Origin: an uncultured Planctomycetales bacterium | GTDB lineage: Bacteria > Planctomycetota > Phycisphaerae > UBA1845 > PWPN01 | NCBI GenBank assembly: GCA_964384465.1 | Contig: CAYLLT010000019.1 | Coordinates: 2,826-66,825 of the forward strand | Direction: 5' to 3' | DNA: 64,000 bases | Shown here: one piece after another, positions 1 through 11,395 of the stretch | How positions within the stretch are numbered: position 1 is the stretch's first letter | Layout of the letters: each line of letters opens with the position of its first letter | Translations under genes and position numbers: made by a program | Notes under the pieces: generated by a model | What the model was told of the DNA's origin: nothing | The model's database searches: none | Seen by the model: only the letters and a program-made list of their open reading frames with translations

Positions 1-175
1 TGACGATCCGCGCCCGCCTCGTCCATCGATCACGCAAGAACATGCTCATCATGCTCATGTCGTTCCCTTTGGCTGGCGCGTGAATCCTTCGCGCCCGAGC
101 CCGCACCCCGCTGGCTCGGCAGTCATCATACCCGAAACTTTCGTCAGTGCAACTTAATTGTTTGGAAAGCGGATG

Positions 176-286
176 GAAAAGTCGAAAGTCGACAGTCGAA
201 AGTCGAAACAGGGGCGGTGGACAGGGGTCAGGGAACTCAGAAAACGTCGAAAAGTCGAAATCCGCAAGCTGTCAGCCGTCAGCTTT
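176..286. repeat. Simple-sequence repeat block (GTCGAAAGTCGA-type units) plus the hairpin AAGCTG-N8-CAGCTT, in the ~500-bp non-coding stretch downstream of murD
   Basis: Read directly: gaaaagtcgaaagtcgacagtcgaaagtcgaaac (176-209), aaaacgtcgaaaagtcgaaatc (241-262), aagctg/cagctt stem (266-271 / 280-285). Confidence 0.8.
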
Positions 287-551
287 CGGCTATCCGTGAT
301 ATCCATTGGCCGAGGGGGTTAGCGATTAGCGCGACGAGCCGGGGACTTGAGTGGGTCACCCGCCCGGAACAGCTCGCGTGTTATCAAGCGATTGGGGCGG
401 AGAGGAGCCGCGGAACCGGAGTACGGACATACGAGAAAAGCGCCACAACCAAACGAACCCGTCGATCCCCGTTTTCGCCCCCGAAAACGCGCTTTTACCG
501 CCGCATCCACGGCTTCCTCTCGGGTCGGGGCTAACCGTGGTTCGAGGGGTC

Positions 552-1910
552 TCAAACGGAGCCGCTCATCCGGCGGACGATCTGCCGGAACGCATCGCCG
601 CGGTGTTCGTAATTCGTGAACATGTCGTAGCTGGCGCAGGCGGGGGAAAGGATCACCACATCGCCGGCCGCCGCCAGCTCGCCGGCCGTCGCGACGGCCG
701 CCTCGAAGCTTTCCGCGATATGCGCTGCCGCCCGGCGTCCGCCCCCGCCGCCATCCGGCGACGATACTTCTTTATAGAGTTCATAACGGGTTTTGCCGTA
801 ACAGATCACGGCCTTGGCCCGCGCCGCCAGCTCGCGCCCGAGTTGATCGAACGGCATCCCCTTGCCCTGGCCGCCCACCAGCATGATCACCGGTTCGTCG
901 AACGCCCGCAGCGCGATGCACGTCGATTCGGGCGTGGTCGACTTGCTGTCGTTGAAATAGCGCACGCCCTTGTGCTCGCCGACAAACTCCAGCCGATGCG
1001 GGAGGCCGTTAAACCCGCTTAAACCGCGGGCGATCGTCTCATCCGCGATGCCCAGCGCCCGTGCAGCCGCAATCGCTGCCGCGGCATTGTCGCGATTGTG
1101 CCGGCCCGGCAACCGCAGGCAATCACCGAAGACGGGATCGAATGCGAACCTCATCATGCGAGACGCCGCCCCCACGCGCTTCACCTGCTCGGCCAGCGCT
1201 TCATCCTCGCCATGAACGAATACCATATCCTGCGGCGATTGGTGCCGGACGATGTTCATCTTCGCGTCAACGTACGATTCAAATGTCCCGTGCCGGTCCA
1301 GATGATTCGGCTGAATATTCGTGATCACCGCCATCCGCGGGCTCCACCGCAGGCGGGCCAGGTCCTCCAATTGGAAGCTCGACAGCTCCAGGACAACTAT
1401 GTCCTCCGGCGACATGGCCTGAAGATCGCCGAGCAAGGATCGCCCGATGTTGCCGCCGACCCAGGCTCTCGGCCGCCCGGTCGAGGGAAACGCGTTTTGC
1501 AGAATGGCCCCGAGCATGGCCGTCGTCGTACTTTTGCCGGCGGACCCGGTAATGCCCACGACGCGCTGAGCGGGGCACCGCACAATGAAGAGGTTCATTT
1601 CGCTGCTGAGCGGGATGCCGCGGGCCACCGCCGCAGCCACGAAATCGCTCCGATCCTTCGGTATGGCGGGGCTTACCACCAAAAGATCGCAATGATCCAG
1701 ATCCGCCGGATCGTGTCCGCCGAGGTGAAACCGGATCGGCAGCCCTTCCAACTCCGCCAGGCCGTGTGCAAGCTCATCCGCTGAGGCTTGATCCGTCACC
1801 GTAACCTCAGCCCTCTGCTGCACCAGCCACCGGGCGGCCCCGATACCCCCGCCGAAGTGGCCGAGGCCCATAATAACCGCCCGTTTTCCCGTAAGATCAG
1901 CCATGTTCAT
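552..1910 (-). CDS. murD: UDP-N-acetylmuramoyl-L-alanine--D-glutamate ligase (Mur ligase family)
   Basis: ORF 552..2150 trimmed to ATG at 1910 (MNMADLTGKRAVIMGLGHFGGG...). Has an N-terminal Rossmann-like GLGHFGGGIGAARWL, the Mur-ligase P-loop GITGSAGKSTTT and the NIQPNHLDRH motif. Length ~453 aa is typical of MurD. Confidence 0.85.
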   Translation of the reverse strand: MNMADLTGKRAVIMGLGHFGGGIGAARWLVQQRAEVTVTDQASADELAHGLAELEGLPIRFHLGGHDPADLDHCDLLVVSPAIPKDRSDFVAAAVARGIPLSSEMNLFIVRCPAQRVVGITGSAGKSTTTAMLGAILQNAFPSTGRPRAWVGGNIGRSLLGDLQAMSPEDIVVLELSSFQLEDLARLRWSPRMAVITNIQPNHLDRHGTFESYVDAKMNIVRHQSPQDMVFVHGEDEALAEQVKRVGAASRMMRFAFDPVFGDCLRLPGRHNRDNAAAAIAAARALGIADETIARGLSGFNGLPHRLEFVGEHKGVRYFNDSKSTTPESTCIALRAFDEPVIMLVGGQGKGMPFDQLGRELAARAKAVICYGKTRYELYKEVSSPDGGGGGRRAAAHIAESFEAAVATAGELAAAGDVVILSPACASYDMFTNYEHRGDAFRQIVRRMSGSV

Positions 1911-2167
1911 GGGTAGAATTGTACTACCGGCCGCTTTTTCATCCAGTTCCGGCGGATTGATTGTGTGGGGCAAATCGAAGACCGATGAATCCCCGGTTTT
2001 AAGTGTATTCTGATGCCAATCAATCGTGGATTTGTACTTTAAAAAGATCAGCGCATGCGTTAGATATGACATTGTCAGGGAACATCGTTCCTTTTTTCTG
2101 TCGAGTTTGTCCGATATTTCATTTTTTGGGCTTGAAATCCGCGAGATCATTATATAATCTGAGTCCT

Positions 2168-3268
2168 ATGCGAACACAAAACTTACCGCAGATCGACACC
2201 CGTTCGTCCACCCTGCGTTACATCCAGGCGAAGACGATTTTGGCCGAAGCCATTCGTACCGGCGCTTTCCCCGCGGGATCCAAGCTGCCGAACACGAACG
2301 AGGTCGGCGCTCGTCTCAACGTGAGCCTGATCACGGCTCACAAAGCCATACAGTGTCTGGTCGAGGAGGGCTGGCTGCGTCGCGAGCGCGGCCGGGGCAC
2401 CTTCGTACGCGACGACTTCCTCCAGTCCGTCGCCGCCAAGCCGAAGTTCCGCGTCGCCCTCGTGCTGCGGCCGGCGACCGTGATGCTGGATCACTACCAC
2501 GGTGTGCTGCTGGCCAGCCTCCGGCATGCGGCCGAGTCGGCCGACACCATCGGCGAGTTGGTGATTCAGCGTTGCAACAGCCCGGAAGATCTCGACCGGA
2601 TCGAAGCCGACGGCTTTTTGTGTTTCCATCCGTTCGTGGACAGTCTCCAGCAGTTAGAGGAAGTCGCCCGCCGCAAGCCGCTGGTGGCACTCGGCTGCTC
2701 GACGAAGGACACGTCGCTCTATTGCGTCGATTCCCAGAATGTCAACGCCGCCCGGCAGGCGGTGCGGCACCTGGTCGAACTGGGTCACGAGCGGATCGCC
2801 CTCATCAATGGCCCATCCGAAGCTACCAGTTACCTCGACCGCTACGAGGGATACCGCGCGGAGTTGGAGGCCCACGGCCTGCCGGTTCGCCCGGAATACG
2901 TCTTCACCAGCGCCTCGCCCAAGTCCGCCGGTACGATCATGGGGCAGCTCACGAAGCTGCTGCGCAGCCCCGAGCGGCCATCCGCGATTGTCGCCTGCGA
3001 ATACTACCTGGCTCTCGATGTGATGGTCCTCCTGCGGCGAATGAACCTCAAGATTCCCGCGGATGTCTCGCTGGTCGGCTTTGACGATCCCAAATCCGCC
3101 AGCCTGCTCAACCCCCCGCTCACCACCGTCCATCAGCCCCTGGAAGAAATGGGCGCCCGGGCGTATCAGCGGGTGGTTCAACTCATCAACGGCGAGACCC
3201 CTTCGCCGCGCGTCGAGTTTCTCCCGACTTCGCTCGTGGTTCGCGAGTCCACCGGGCCGGTTACCTGA
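2168..3268 (+). CDS. Transcriptional regulator with a GntR-type winged-helix N-terminus fused to a LacI/PBP type-1 sugar-binding domain
   Basis: Start moved to ATG 2168 (MRTQNLPQ...). HTH segment LPNTNEVGARLNVSLITAHKAIQCLVEEGWLRRERGRGTFV. C-terminal LacI-like motifs LVGFDD and LTTVHQP. Confidence 0.75.
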   Translation: MRTQNLPQIDTRSSTLRYIQAKTILAEAIRTGAFPAGSKLPNTNEVGARLNVSLITAHKAIQCLVEEGWLRRERGRGTFVRDDFLQSVAAKPKFRVALVLRPATVMLDHYHGVLLASLRHAAESADTIGELVIQRCNSPEDLDRIEADGFLCFHPFVDSLQQLEEVARRKPLVALGCSTKDTSLYCVDSQNVNAARQAVRHLVELGHERIALINGPSEATSYLDRYEGYRAELEAHGLPVRPEYVFTSASPKSAGTIMGQLTKLLRSPERPSAIVACEYYLALDVMVLLRRMNLKIPADVSLVGFDDPKSASLLNPPLTTVHQPLEEMGARAYQRVVQLINGETPSPRVEFLPTSLVVRESTGPVT

Positions 3269-3274
3269 ACGAAC

Positions 3275-3326
3275 CAGGACCGCGGCAATTTATTGCCGCA
3301 GTGCGTCAACAAGTTGACGCGGCCCT
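3275..3326. repeat. REP-like nested hairpin element, family 'CAGGACCGCGGCAAyTTrTTGCCG' (copy 1 of 2)
   Basis: Sequence caggaccgcggcaatttattgccgcagtgcgtcaacaagttgacgcggccct. Inner hairpins ggcaatttattgcc and gcgtcaacaagttgacgc; outer arms aggaccgcg / cgcggccct. Its 5' half matches 30567-30593 with 2 mismatches. Confidence 0.85.
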
Positions 3327-3367
3327 ATGCACCCGCCGCGTTGCCCAACCCCTTCCTCACCTTTATC

Positions 3368-5836
3368 ATGTGCCGCATGGTGCGATTTATTTCATGTCTA
3401 TCCGTTGCAGTTGCCTCCACCGGCTTTGCCGCCGCGCCCGAAGCCATCGAGATCGGCTCGAAGAACGTCGCCGATCTGCCCGGCGGCCGCGAAGCCGACG
3501 GCATCATCGGCGACTTCGTCCTCCGCAACGATCACCTCGAAGCCGTCATCTCCGGCAATCAGCACAACCGCAAGGCGAACATGGCGATTTTCTGGAACGC
3601 CCCCACGGCCGGCTGCCTGTACGACCTGACGCCGCGCGGAACGCACAACGACCAGCTCACCTGGTTCGGTCCCGGCAACCAGCAGGGCCAGCTCTCCAGC
3701 GTCTACATCCTTAAGACCGGCGATGACGGTGAAGCCGTGGTTCGGGCGGAACTCACGGCGGCGGGCGGCGACGGACTCGGCAAGACGCACGACTATGTCC
3801 TCCATGCAAATTGGCGGCATCTGCTGGTCATCTCGACTTATCACAATGAGACCGATGCCGCGGTCAAGATCAAACCGGCCGCCGACTGGAAAGGGCTGGT
3901 ATCCGTCGAAGAGTTCGACGGCATCACCACGGGACTGTGTCAGGATCCCGCCGACCGCATCGGGTACGCGTTCAAGCCCATCAAGCTGGATGAGGCTCAG
4001 CCGGCGACCGGCGAGATCGATCTCCAGCCGAATCATGCCGCTGCTTTCGCGGTGGCCATCGCGGTGGGGAAGGGTTCGGCCGACGCGTTCGGCATCGTCG
4101 CCGCGGTGAATCAACCGGGCCATCGGTTCCGCGGACGGGTCCGCGATCCCGACAACAAACCGGTGGCGAGCGCCGCGCTGCACATTCCGCAAAGTGGAAA
4201 AACGCTGATTGCGTATCTGAACGATGATGGCCGCTACGATCTGACGCTCCCTCAGCAAACGTACACCGCCTCGCTCAAAGATCTGGGCCGGGCGGACTCG
4301 TCCGTCGAGCTCACCGCGGACAAAGAGCAGGAGTTCTCGCTGCCTAATGCGGCCGGCGTCAGCGTTACCGTGACGGACGATGCCGGCGGCCCGCTGCCCT
4401 GCAAAGTGCAGTTCATCGGCATCGATGAAACCAAAATGCCGGACCTTGGCCCCATCATTCGTGCCCACGGCTGCGACAATCAGTATCACTCTGAAAACGG
4501 CCGCTTCAAGCAGCCCATCCCCCCCGGTCGATATCGCGCCGTGATCACCCGCGGCATCGAATACGACCATGTCGAGAAGACGATCGATGTGCCGCCCGGC
4601 AAAATCGTACCGATCGAAGCCACGCTCAAACGCGTGGTGGACACGCGCGGATGGGTCAGCACCGATTTCCACAATCACTCGACGCCCAGCGGCGATAACT
4701 ACTGCGGCACGGACGACCGCGTGATCAACCTGGCGGCGGAGAACGTCGAGTTCGCCCCCACCACCGAGCACAATCGTCTCTATGACTGGAAGCCGCACAT
4801 CGATCGATTGGGCCTCGCGCCCTTTGTGGCCACCACCGTCGGGATCGAGCTGACCGGGAACGGCCCGCATCTCAACTCGTTCCCGCTCCAGCCCATCCCC
4901 TTCCGGCAGGACAACGGCGCGCCGCAGTGGGACCCCGACCCGCGGATCAATGCCCTGGCCCTGCGGCGGCATCCGGGCGACCTGGCCTCGCGCTGGGTGC
5001 AGCTCAACCACCCTGACATCGCCCAATACTTCAACGATCTGGACCGCGACGGCAAACCCGATGGCGGATACCAGCATCTGGAGGGGTTCATCGACGCCAG
5101 CGAGATGTATGGGCAGACGATCCTCAGTCCCGAAGCGGTGGCTACGACCGAATATCAGGGAAAAACATACCGCTACCTGAACCAGCCGTTCGCCTGGATG
5201 CAGATGCTCAACGCGGGCCGTCGCATCTGGACCGTAGCCACCAGCGACGCCCATCAGGTGACCGGCACTCCCAACGGCGGCGGCGGCGTGGGCGGCTGGC
5301 GGATGTATGTGCCGAGCCGCACCGACGAACCGGCCGCCATCGATCCCAAAGAGATCATCACGAACGCCAAGGCCGGGCACTCGTTCGTCACCAGCGGACC
5401 CTTTCTGGAGGTTTTAACCTCTGACGGCCACGGCCCCGGCGAGACCATTGTGGCACGGGCGTCCCGCCCGTCCTCCGTCACGCTTCACGTCCGCGTGCAG
5501 TGCAACACGTGGGTGGACATCGACCGCGTGGCCGTGCTGGTGAACGGCCGGATCGATCCGAAGCTGGACTTCAGGAAGGCCGTACACCCCGAGTTGTTTC
5601 GCTCCGGCGTCGTTCGTTTTGAAAAGGACCTGACCGTGGACTTGACGGGCGATGCTCATCTGATCGTGGCCGCCGTTGGCGAGCGGTCTACGCTGGAGAC
5701 CGGCTACGGCCGCGGCCATCAGGCCCGTTGGCGGCCGGCCGCTTATCACAATCCCATTTTCATCGACATCGACGGCAACGGCTTCCAACCCAACGGTGAT
5801 ACGCTCGACCAGCCCTATCTGAAGGTAATGAATTAA
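3368..5836 (+). CDS. Secreted protein with a C-terminal PHP-like (CehA/McbA-type) metallohydrolase region, function unknown
   Basis: Signal-like N-terminus MCRMVRFISCLSVAVASTGFAAAPEA (start 3368). Motifs DFHNHSTPSGD, EFAPTTEHNR and TSDAHQ resemble PHP/CehA metal-binding motifs. The N-terminal ~430 aa is unassigned. Confidence 0.5.
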   Translation: MCRMVRFISCLSVAVASTGFAAAPEAIEIGSKNVADLPGGREADGIIGDFVLRNDHLEAVISGNQHNRKANMAIFWNAPTAGCLYDLTPRGTHNDQLTWFGPGNQQGQLSSVYILKTGDDGEAVVRAELTAAGGDGLGKTHDYVLHANWRHLLVISTYHNETDAAVKIKPAADWKGLVSVEEFDGITTGLCQDPADRIGYAFKPIKLDEAQPATGEIDLQPNHAAAFAVAIAVGKGSADAFGIVAAVNQPGHRFRGRVRDPDNKPVASAALHIPQSGKTLIAYLNDDGRYDLTLPQQTYTASLKDLGRADSSVELTADKEQEFSLPNAAGVSVTVTDDAGGPLPCKVQFIGIDETKMPDLGPIIRAHGCDNQYHSENGRFKQPIPPGRYRAVITRGIEYDHVEKTIDVPPGKIVPIEATLKRVVDTRGWVSTDFHNHSTPSGDNYCGTDDRVINLAAENVEFAPTTEHNRLYDWKPHIDRLGLAPFVATTVGIELTGNGPHLNSFPLQPIPFRQDNGAPQWDPDPRINALALRRHPGDLASRWVQLNHPDIAQYFNDLDRDGKPDGGYQHLEGFIDASEMYGQTILSPEAVATTEYQGKTYRYLNQPFAWMQMLNAGRRIWTVATSDAHQVTGTPNGGGGVGGWRMYVPSRTDEPAAIDPKEIITNAKAGHSFVTSGPFLEVLTSDGHGPGETIVARASRPSSVTLHVRVQCNTWVDIDRVAVLVNGRIDPKLDFRKAVHPELFRSGVVRFEKDLTVDLTGDAHLIVAAVGERSTLETGYGRGHQARWRPAAYHNPIFIDIDGNGFQPNGDTLDQPYLKVMN

Positions 5837-5850
5837 TTAACCTGTTGCCT

Positions 5851-5878
5851 TTACACATTGCAGTGTGTAAGCTATAAG
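5851..5878 (+). promoter_or_regulatory. Palindromic operator candidate TTACACA-N6-TGTGTAA overlapping a promoter-like TTACAC-16-TATAAG, upstream of vapB
   Basis: ttacaca (5851-5857) and tgtgtaa (5864-5870) form a perfect inverted repeat. TATAAG at 5873-5878. GGAGG RBS at ~5889 precedes the TTG start at 5901. Confidence 0.5.
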
Positions 5879-5900
5879 TCAGCATGAAAGGAGGTCTGTC

Positions 5901-6107
5901 TTGGCAACGAATCTTGCTCTTGACGATAAACTGATCGAACAAGCCCGCAGGATCGGCAAACATAAAACAAAAAAAGACGCTGTTACCGCAGCCTTGAAAG
6001 AGTACGTTCAGCGGCGGAGACGGGTCCGCATTCTGGACATGGTAGGTAAGGTTGAGTACTGGGATGATTACGATCATAAAACGCTCCGTCAGAGGAAAGA
6101 CCGGTGA
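5901..6107 (+). CDS. vapB: Type II antitoxin, VapB-like
   Basis: 68 aa, TTG start after a GGAGG RBS. MATNLALDDKLIEQARRIGKHKTKKDAVTAALKEYV is typical of VapB-type antitoxins. Its stop overlaps the GTG start of the PIN gene by 4 bp (GTGA). Confidence 0.8.
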   Translation: MATNLALDDKLIEQARRIGKHKTKKDAVTAALKEYVQRRRRVRILDMVGKVEYWDDYDHKTLRQRKDR

Positions 6108-6544
6108 GCGTCCTGATCGATACCACCATCTGGTCGCTCGCCCTCCGCCGACGCCGCCACGACCTCAACCTCGAAGAACGCCGCCTGCTCGAAGAATGGA
6201 CCGCGCTGGTCAAAAGCGGTCGTGCCGTGCTGGTGGGTCCGATTCAGCAGGAGATACTCTCCGGAGTTCGCCACCAAACGGATTTTGTCGCCCTCCAACA
6301 GCGTCTTTCCGCATTTCCACAACCCGAGATCCTGCCGGCCGATTACGTTCAAGCCGCGGCGTTCTTTAACATCTGCCGATCCCGCGGAATTGCCGCTACT
6401 TCCGTCGACCTCCTTGTCTGCGCGGTGGCCGAACGGCTGAACATACCCATCTTTACCACCGACGCCGATTTCACCCGGTATGCGAAGGTTCTCCCGATCC
6501 GATTGCATAAGCCTCAACCACGTGACGCTCAGAATTCATCATGA
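6104..6544 (+). CDS. vapC: PIN-domain ribonuclease toxin, VapC-like
   Basis: 146 aa. N-terminal VLIDTTIW (acidic D), EILSG, and C-terminal IFTTDADF are PIN acidic-residue signatures. Translationally coupled to vapB. Confidence 0.85.
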   Translation: MSVLIDTTIWSLALRRRRHDLNLEERRLLEEWTALVKSGRAVLVGPIQQEILSGVRHQTDFVALQQRLSAFPQPEILPADYVQAAAFFNICRSRGIAATSVDLLVCAVAERLNIPIFTTDADFTRYAKVLPIRLHKPQPRDAQNSS

Positions 6545-6561
6545 CCTTTCTGTAATCCTGA

Positions 6562-8211
<1,650 letters not shown>

Positions 8212-8214
8212 TAA

Positions 8215-9897
8215 TCAGTGCCGCGTAACGGCCTGCTTCGTTCGCTGCGACTTCGGGCTCACCGGCGACATCTCGCAGATGCGCTGCCACATCGCCTTGG
8301 CCCGGTCGATCAGGCCCATGTTCTCCAGCGCGACCGCGAGGTTCTCACGGTAATCGAGGTTCCCCGGACGGAGCGCCACCGCTCGTTCCAGATGCTCGAC
8401 CGCCATCTCGAACTGTTGCCGGTCGGAAAACATCACGCCGAGCCGGTAGTGCAGATCCACATATTCGGGATTGAGCGCCAGCGCCTGCTGCAACGTGTGG
8501 ATCGCCTCCTCCGCCCGGCCCGCTTCGTACAGCGCCAGCCCGAGCTTGATCAGCGCCTTGGTATAGCCGGGGTTGATCCGCACCGCCTGACGGTAGGCCT
8601 CGATGGCGGCTTCCAGCTTGCCCTGCTGCCGCAAGAGCAGCCCGAGCCGGTAGTGCACGTCCGGATGATTGGGCCGTTCCTGTGCCGCCGCGCGATGACG
8701 CTCGATCTGCTGTTCGATCAGGTTATCGAGCGGGTCGGCGGCGGTGTCGGGTGACGGCGACGGCGCCAGTTGGAGATAGAATTCCGCCTCCTGCTGGACG
8801 GCGCACTTGAGCTGAAGTCGTGCCACCTCCGAATAGAGGAGCGTGCTGTTCGGTTCGAGGCTGGCCGCCAGCTCAAAACTCGATGAGGCGTCCGCCGCCC
8901 GCCCCGCTTCGTGTTGCGCGACGCCCAGGCCGACATACGACGTCAGCAGCCGGTCGTTGATCTCGATGGCCCGCGCGAACCGCGTGGCCGCGTCATGGTG
9001 TTTTCCGCAACGCATGTATTGCGTGCCGGCCTTGACGTTGGCTTCGAGATACGCCGGATGCTTCTCGATCGCCTGAAGGTACGACTGGAGCGCGGCCTCA
9101 TCATTTCCGACGCGGGAGTACAGATCGCCCAGCCGCAGAAAAGTATCCGCGAACTCCGGTTGCTTCTCGGCCAGCAGATGAAGCTGCTCGATAGCTTCGC
9201 GCAGCAGGCCCGATTGTTCCAGCGTATCCACCAGATCGTTGCGCGCTTCCCAATTGTCCGGCTCCATCGTCAGGGCCCGCTCGAAGCTGTGAATCGCCGA
9301 TTCGGGCGAACCGTTGCGCAGGTGCAATCCGGCCAGCGTGAGATGCAGCTCCACGTCCCCCGGCTCGTCGCCGATCATGGCCAGATACTGCGAGACGGCG
9401 TGATCGAGCTGGTTCCGCCGGACGTAAATCGCCGCCAGCCGCTCGCGGGCGTTGCGCAGCGTGGGGCAGCTCCGCAGCGCGCCGTCATAATGAGCGATCG
9501 CTTCGCTGACGTGGCCCTGCCGTTCATAACAGTACGCCAGCCCGAACTGCACGGCCGCATCGCGCGGGTCCAGATCGGCGGCCGCGCTGAGCTGCTGCCG
9601 CGCTTCGTCGGTCAGTCCCAGCTCATCCAGGCAGCACGCCGCCGCAATGTAATTGAGCGGTGAGGTTCCATCCATCTTGACCGCCGACAGAAACGCATCG
9701 CGCGCCTGCGAGACCTGCCCGGCCCGCAGATACGAAAAACCGAGTTCCGCGTGAAGCTCGCACCGCTGCGGCTCGCGCTTGAGCCGTTCGAGCAGCACCG
9801 GCCGCTCGCTGACCGCCACATCGCGGAGCCTCTGCTGAAAGGCGTCCGACAGCCGGCCGATGAGGCCTCTTCCAAGTGTCTCAAGCAGGTAAGACAT
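8215..9897 (-). CDS. Tetratricopeptide (TPR) repeat protein
   Basis: 560 aa of ~34-aa repeats with an A..Y..A..L.P pattern (e.g. AIEAYRQAVRINPGYTKALIKLGLALYEAGRAEEA). Confidence 0.8.
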   Translation of the reverse strand: MSYLLETLGRGLIGRLSDAFQQRLRDVAVSERPVLLERLKREPQRCELHAELGFSYLRAGQVSQARDAFLSAVKMDGTSPLNYIAAACCLDELGLTDEARQQLSAAADLDPRDAAVQFGLAYCYERQGHVSEAIAHYDGALRSCPTLRNARERLAAIYVRRNQLDHAVSQYLAMIGDEPGDVELHLTLAGLHLRNGSPESAIHSFERALTMEPDNWEARNDLVDTLEQSGLLREAIEQLHLLAEKQPEFADTFLRLGDLYSRVGNDEAALQSYLQAIEKHPAYLEANVKAGTQYMRCGKHHDAATRFARAIEINDRLLTSYVGLGVAQHEAGRAADASSSFELAASLEPNSTLLYSEVARLQLKCAVQQEAEFYLQLAPSPSPDTAADPLDNLIEQQIERHRAAAQERPNHPDVHYRLGLLLRQQGKLEAAIEAYRQAVRINPGYTKALIKLGLALYEAGRAEEAIHTLQQALALNPEYVDLHYRLGVMFSDRQQFEMAVEHLERAVALRPGNLDYRENLAVALENMGLIDRAKAMWQRICEMSPVSPKSQRTKQAVTRH

Positions 9898-9907
9898 CTA
9901 TATCCCT

Positions 9908-11155
9908 TCAAGCGGGCAGAGCCGAGAGCGCTTCCCGCGCCGCCTGATAATCTCCATTCAGTTCCACGGCCCGCTCGAACGCCCGGCGGGCTCGACCCGG
10001 CTCACCGCCGCGCCGGCACAACTCGCCGATGAGATAATGCACGTCGGGATAATCGCCGCCCGCGCGGATGGCCTGTTCGAGCCGCTCCACGCCCGCCGAC
10101 CACCGGTCCGTCTGTCCATACAGTTGAGCGAGCATCACCAGCGCGCTGACGTAACGAGGGTTGAGTTCGACGGCCTGCTCGGCGTGCTGAATCGCATCCG
10201 CGCTGCGGCCGAGGCGGTCATAGACGGCCCCGCAGTGAAAGTGCAGGTCTGCGAATTCCGGATGCTTCTGAAGGGCGTTTTCGAGCGTGTCCGCGAGCGC
10301 GGAAAACACTTCCTGATCCACGTCGCTGGCGGGGAGCGATAAGAACGCCTGCACGAAATCGGGTTCGGCAAGGACCGCTTCCGCAAGCCGATCGAGCGTC
10401 GCCTGATCGAATTTGCAGGCGCCGGTGGGTACCTGCCATTGAACCGCCGGCGCGGAAGCGCTCTCCATCAACGACTGCGCGAGCAGGTTGAGCTGCCAGG
10501 CGATACGCGCGTTGGCCGGGTCCAACTGATGGGCCCGCTCGAGAAATCCCAGCGCCCGCTCGTTCCGTCCGGCCAGACTCGAACATTGTGCGAGTCGTTC
10601 ATGTGCCCCGGCGTGCGACGGATCGAGCGCGATCACGCGCTCGAACAACGACTCGGCCTCCGCCAGTTCGTATTCCGATGCCAGCATGATGCCGAGCTGA
10701 TAGTGCAGTTCCGCATGGTCCGGCTGGCGACGGACCCCGTCGCGAAGCGTACACAGCGCTTCGATGTGCCCGCCCTGCTTCCATTGCGTCAGCGCCAGGC
10801 GAATCCGGATTTCCGAATTATTCGGCTCGCGTTCCAGCAGCGTCTCCAGTTCGCCCGCCGCCAGATCGAGCCGCCCGCTGCCGAGATGGCATGCCGCCAG
10901 GTATCGACCGAAGCCGCCGCCCTGCGGATTCACCTGCGAGGCGGCGCGAAAATGATGCGTGGCCTCATCGAACTTGCGCTGACCAAACAACTCGACCGCC
11001 AGGTGATAATGCGCCTGCCCGGCGTAGTACCGGCTGAGCAGCGCTGTCGGTCCGCGCGACTCGAACATGAGCGGCGTGAGATGCCGCACCGCATCCGCAT
11101 AACGCCTAGCGTTATACGCCGACATGCCCAGGCAGTATTGCTGTTGTATGTTCAT
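9908..11155 (-). CDS. Tetratricopeptide (TPR) repeat protein
   Basis: TPR-type repeats throughout. 10 bp upstream of the previous TPR gene on the same strand. Start is either ATG 11155 (MNIQQQY...) or 11200. Confidence 0.75.
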   Translation of the reverse strand: MNIQQQYCLGMSAYNARRYADAVRHLTPLMFESRGPTALLSRYYAGQAHYHLAVELFGQRKFDEATHHFRAASQVNPQGGGFGRYLAACHLGSGRLDLAAGELETLLEREPNNSEIRIRLALTQWKQGGHIEALCTLRDGVRRQPDHAELHYQLGIMLASEYELAEAESLFERVIALDPSHAGAHERLAQCSSLAGRNERALGFLERAHQLDPANARIAWQLNLLAQSLMESASAPAVQWQVPTGACKFDQATLDRLAEAVLAEPDFVQAFLSLPASDVDQEVFSALADTLENALQKHPEFADLHFHCGAVYDRLGRSADAIQHAEQAVELNPRYVSALVMLAQLYGQTDRWSAGVERLEQAIRAGGDYPDVHYLIGELCRRGGEPGRARRAFERAVELNGDYQAAREALSALPA

Positions 11156-11395
11156 GACCACCCTCGCGGCTGGGGTTCGACCGCCCGGCTCCACAGTCAC
11201 CTCATGCGGGAGACCTGTCAGCTCTATCGGTCACGTCGTGACCGGCAATGAGATGCGAATGCGATACTGAAAACGAGGAAAAACAGGTTTGGTTGGCCCC
11301 GTCGCGTGCTACGGGGGTGGGTGCCGCTCGCCGGCGCCGCTAAATGGGTCCGCATACTTTCAGTCGCCGGAGCGTCCGAATAGAATGACCGGCGA

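Noticed and set aside
1-58. Possible start of a minus-strand gene (ATGAGCATGATGAGCATG... MSMMSMFLRDRW) running off the left edge.
   Set aside because: Only ~19 codons are visible, with no recognisable motif. It cannot be supported.
425-482. The minus strand reads GGGGGCGAAAACGGGGAUCGACGGGUUCG..., resembling the conserved 5' end of tmRNA (GGGGCUGAUUCUGGAUUCGACGGG).
   Set aside because: Downstream to the window edge I could find no T-arm (GGUUCGAnUCC-type), no complementary 3' acceptor strand (CGCCyCC + ACCA), and no plausible Ala-rich tag ORF ending in hydrophobic residues. The GGGGGCG also forms a local hairpin with the preceding CGUUUUCG. An Infernal tmRNA/Rfam scan of 1-551 would settle it.
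3398-5380. Very long antisense or off-frame ORFs in the track: 3398..5380(-), 6664..8130(-), 14136..15656(+), 30632..31891(-), 49609..50781(-), 54951..56579(+), 56749..58335(-), and others.
   Set aside because: They are shadow ORFs typical of high-GC DNA. Their translations are Arg/Ala/Gly/Pro-rich with no motifs, and each overlaps a gene on the other strand or frame that has clear family signatures.
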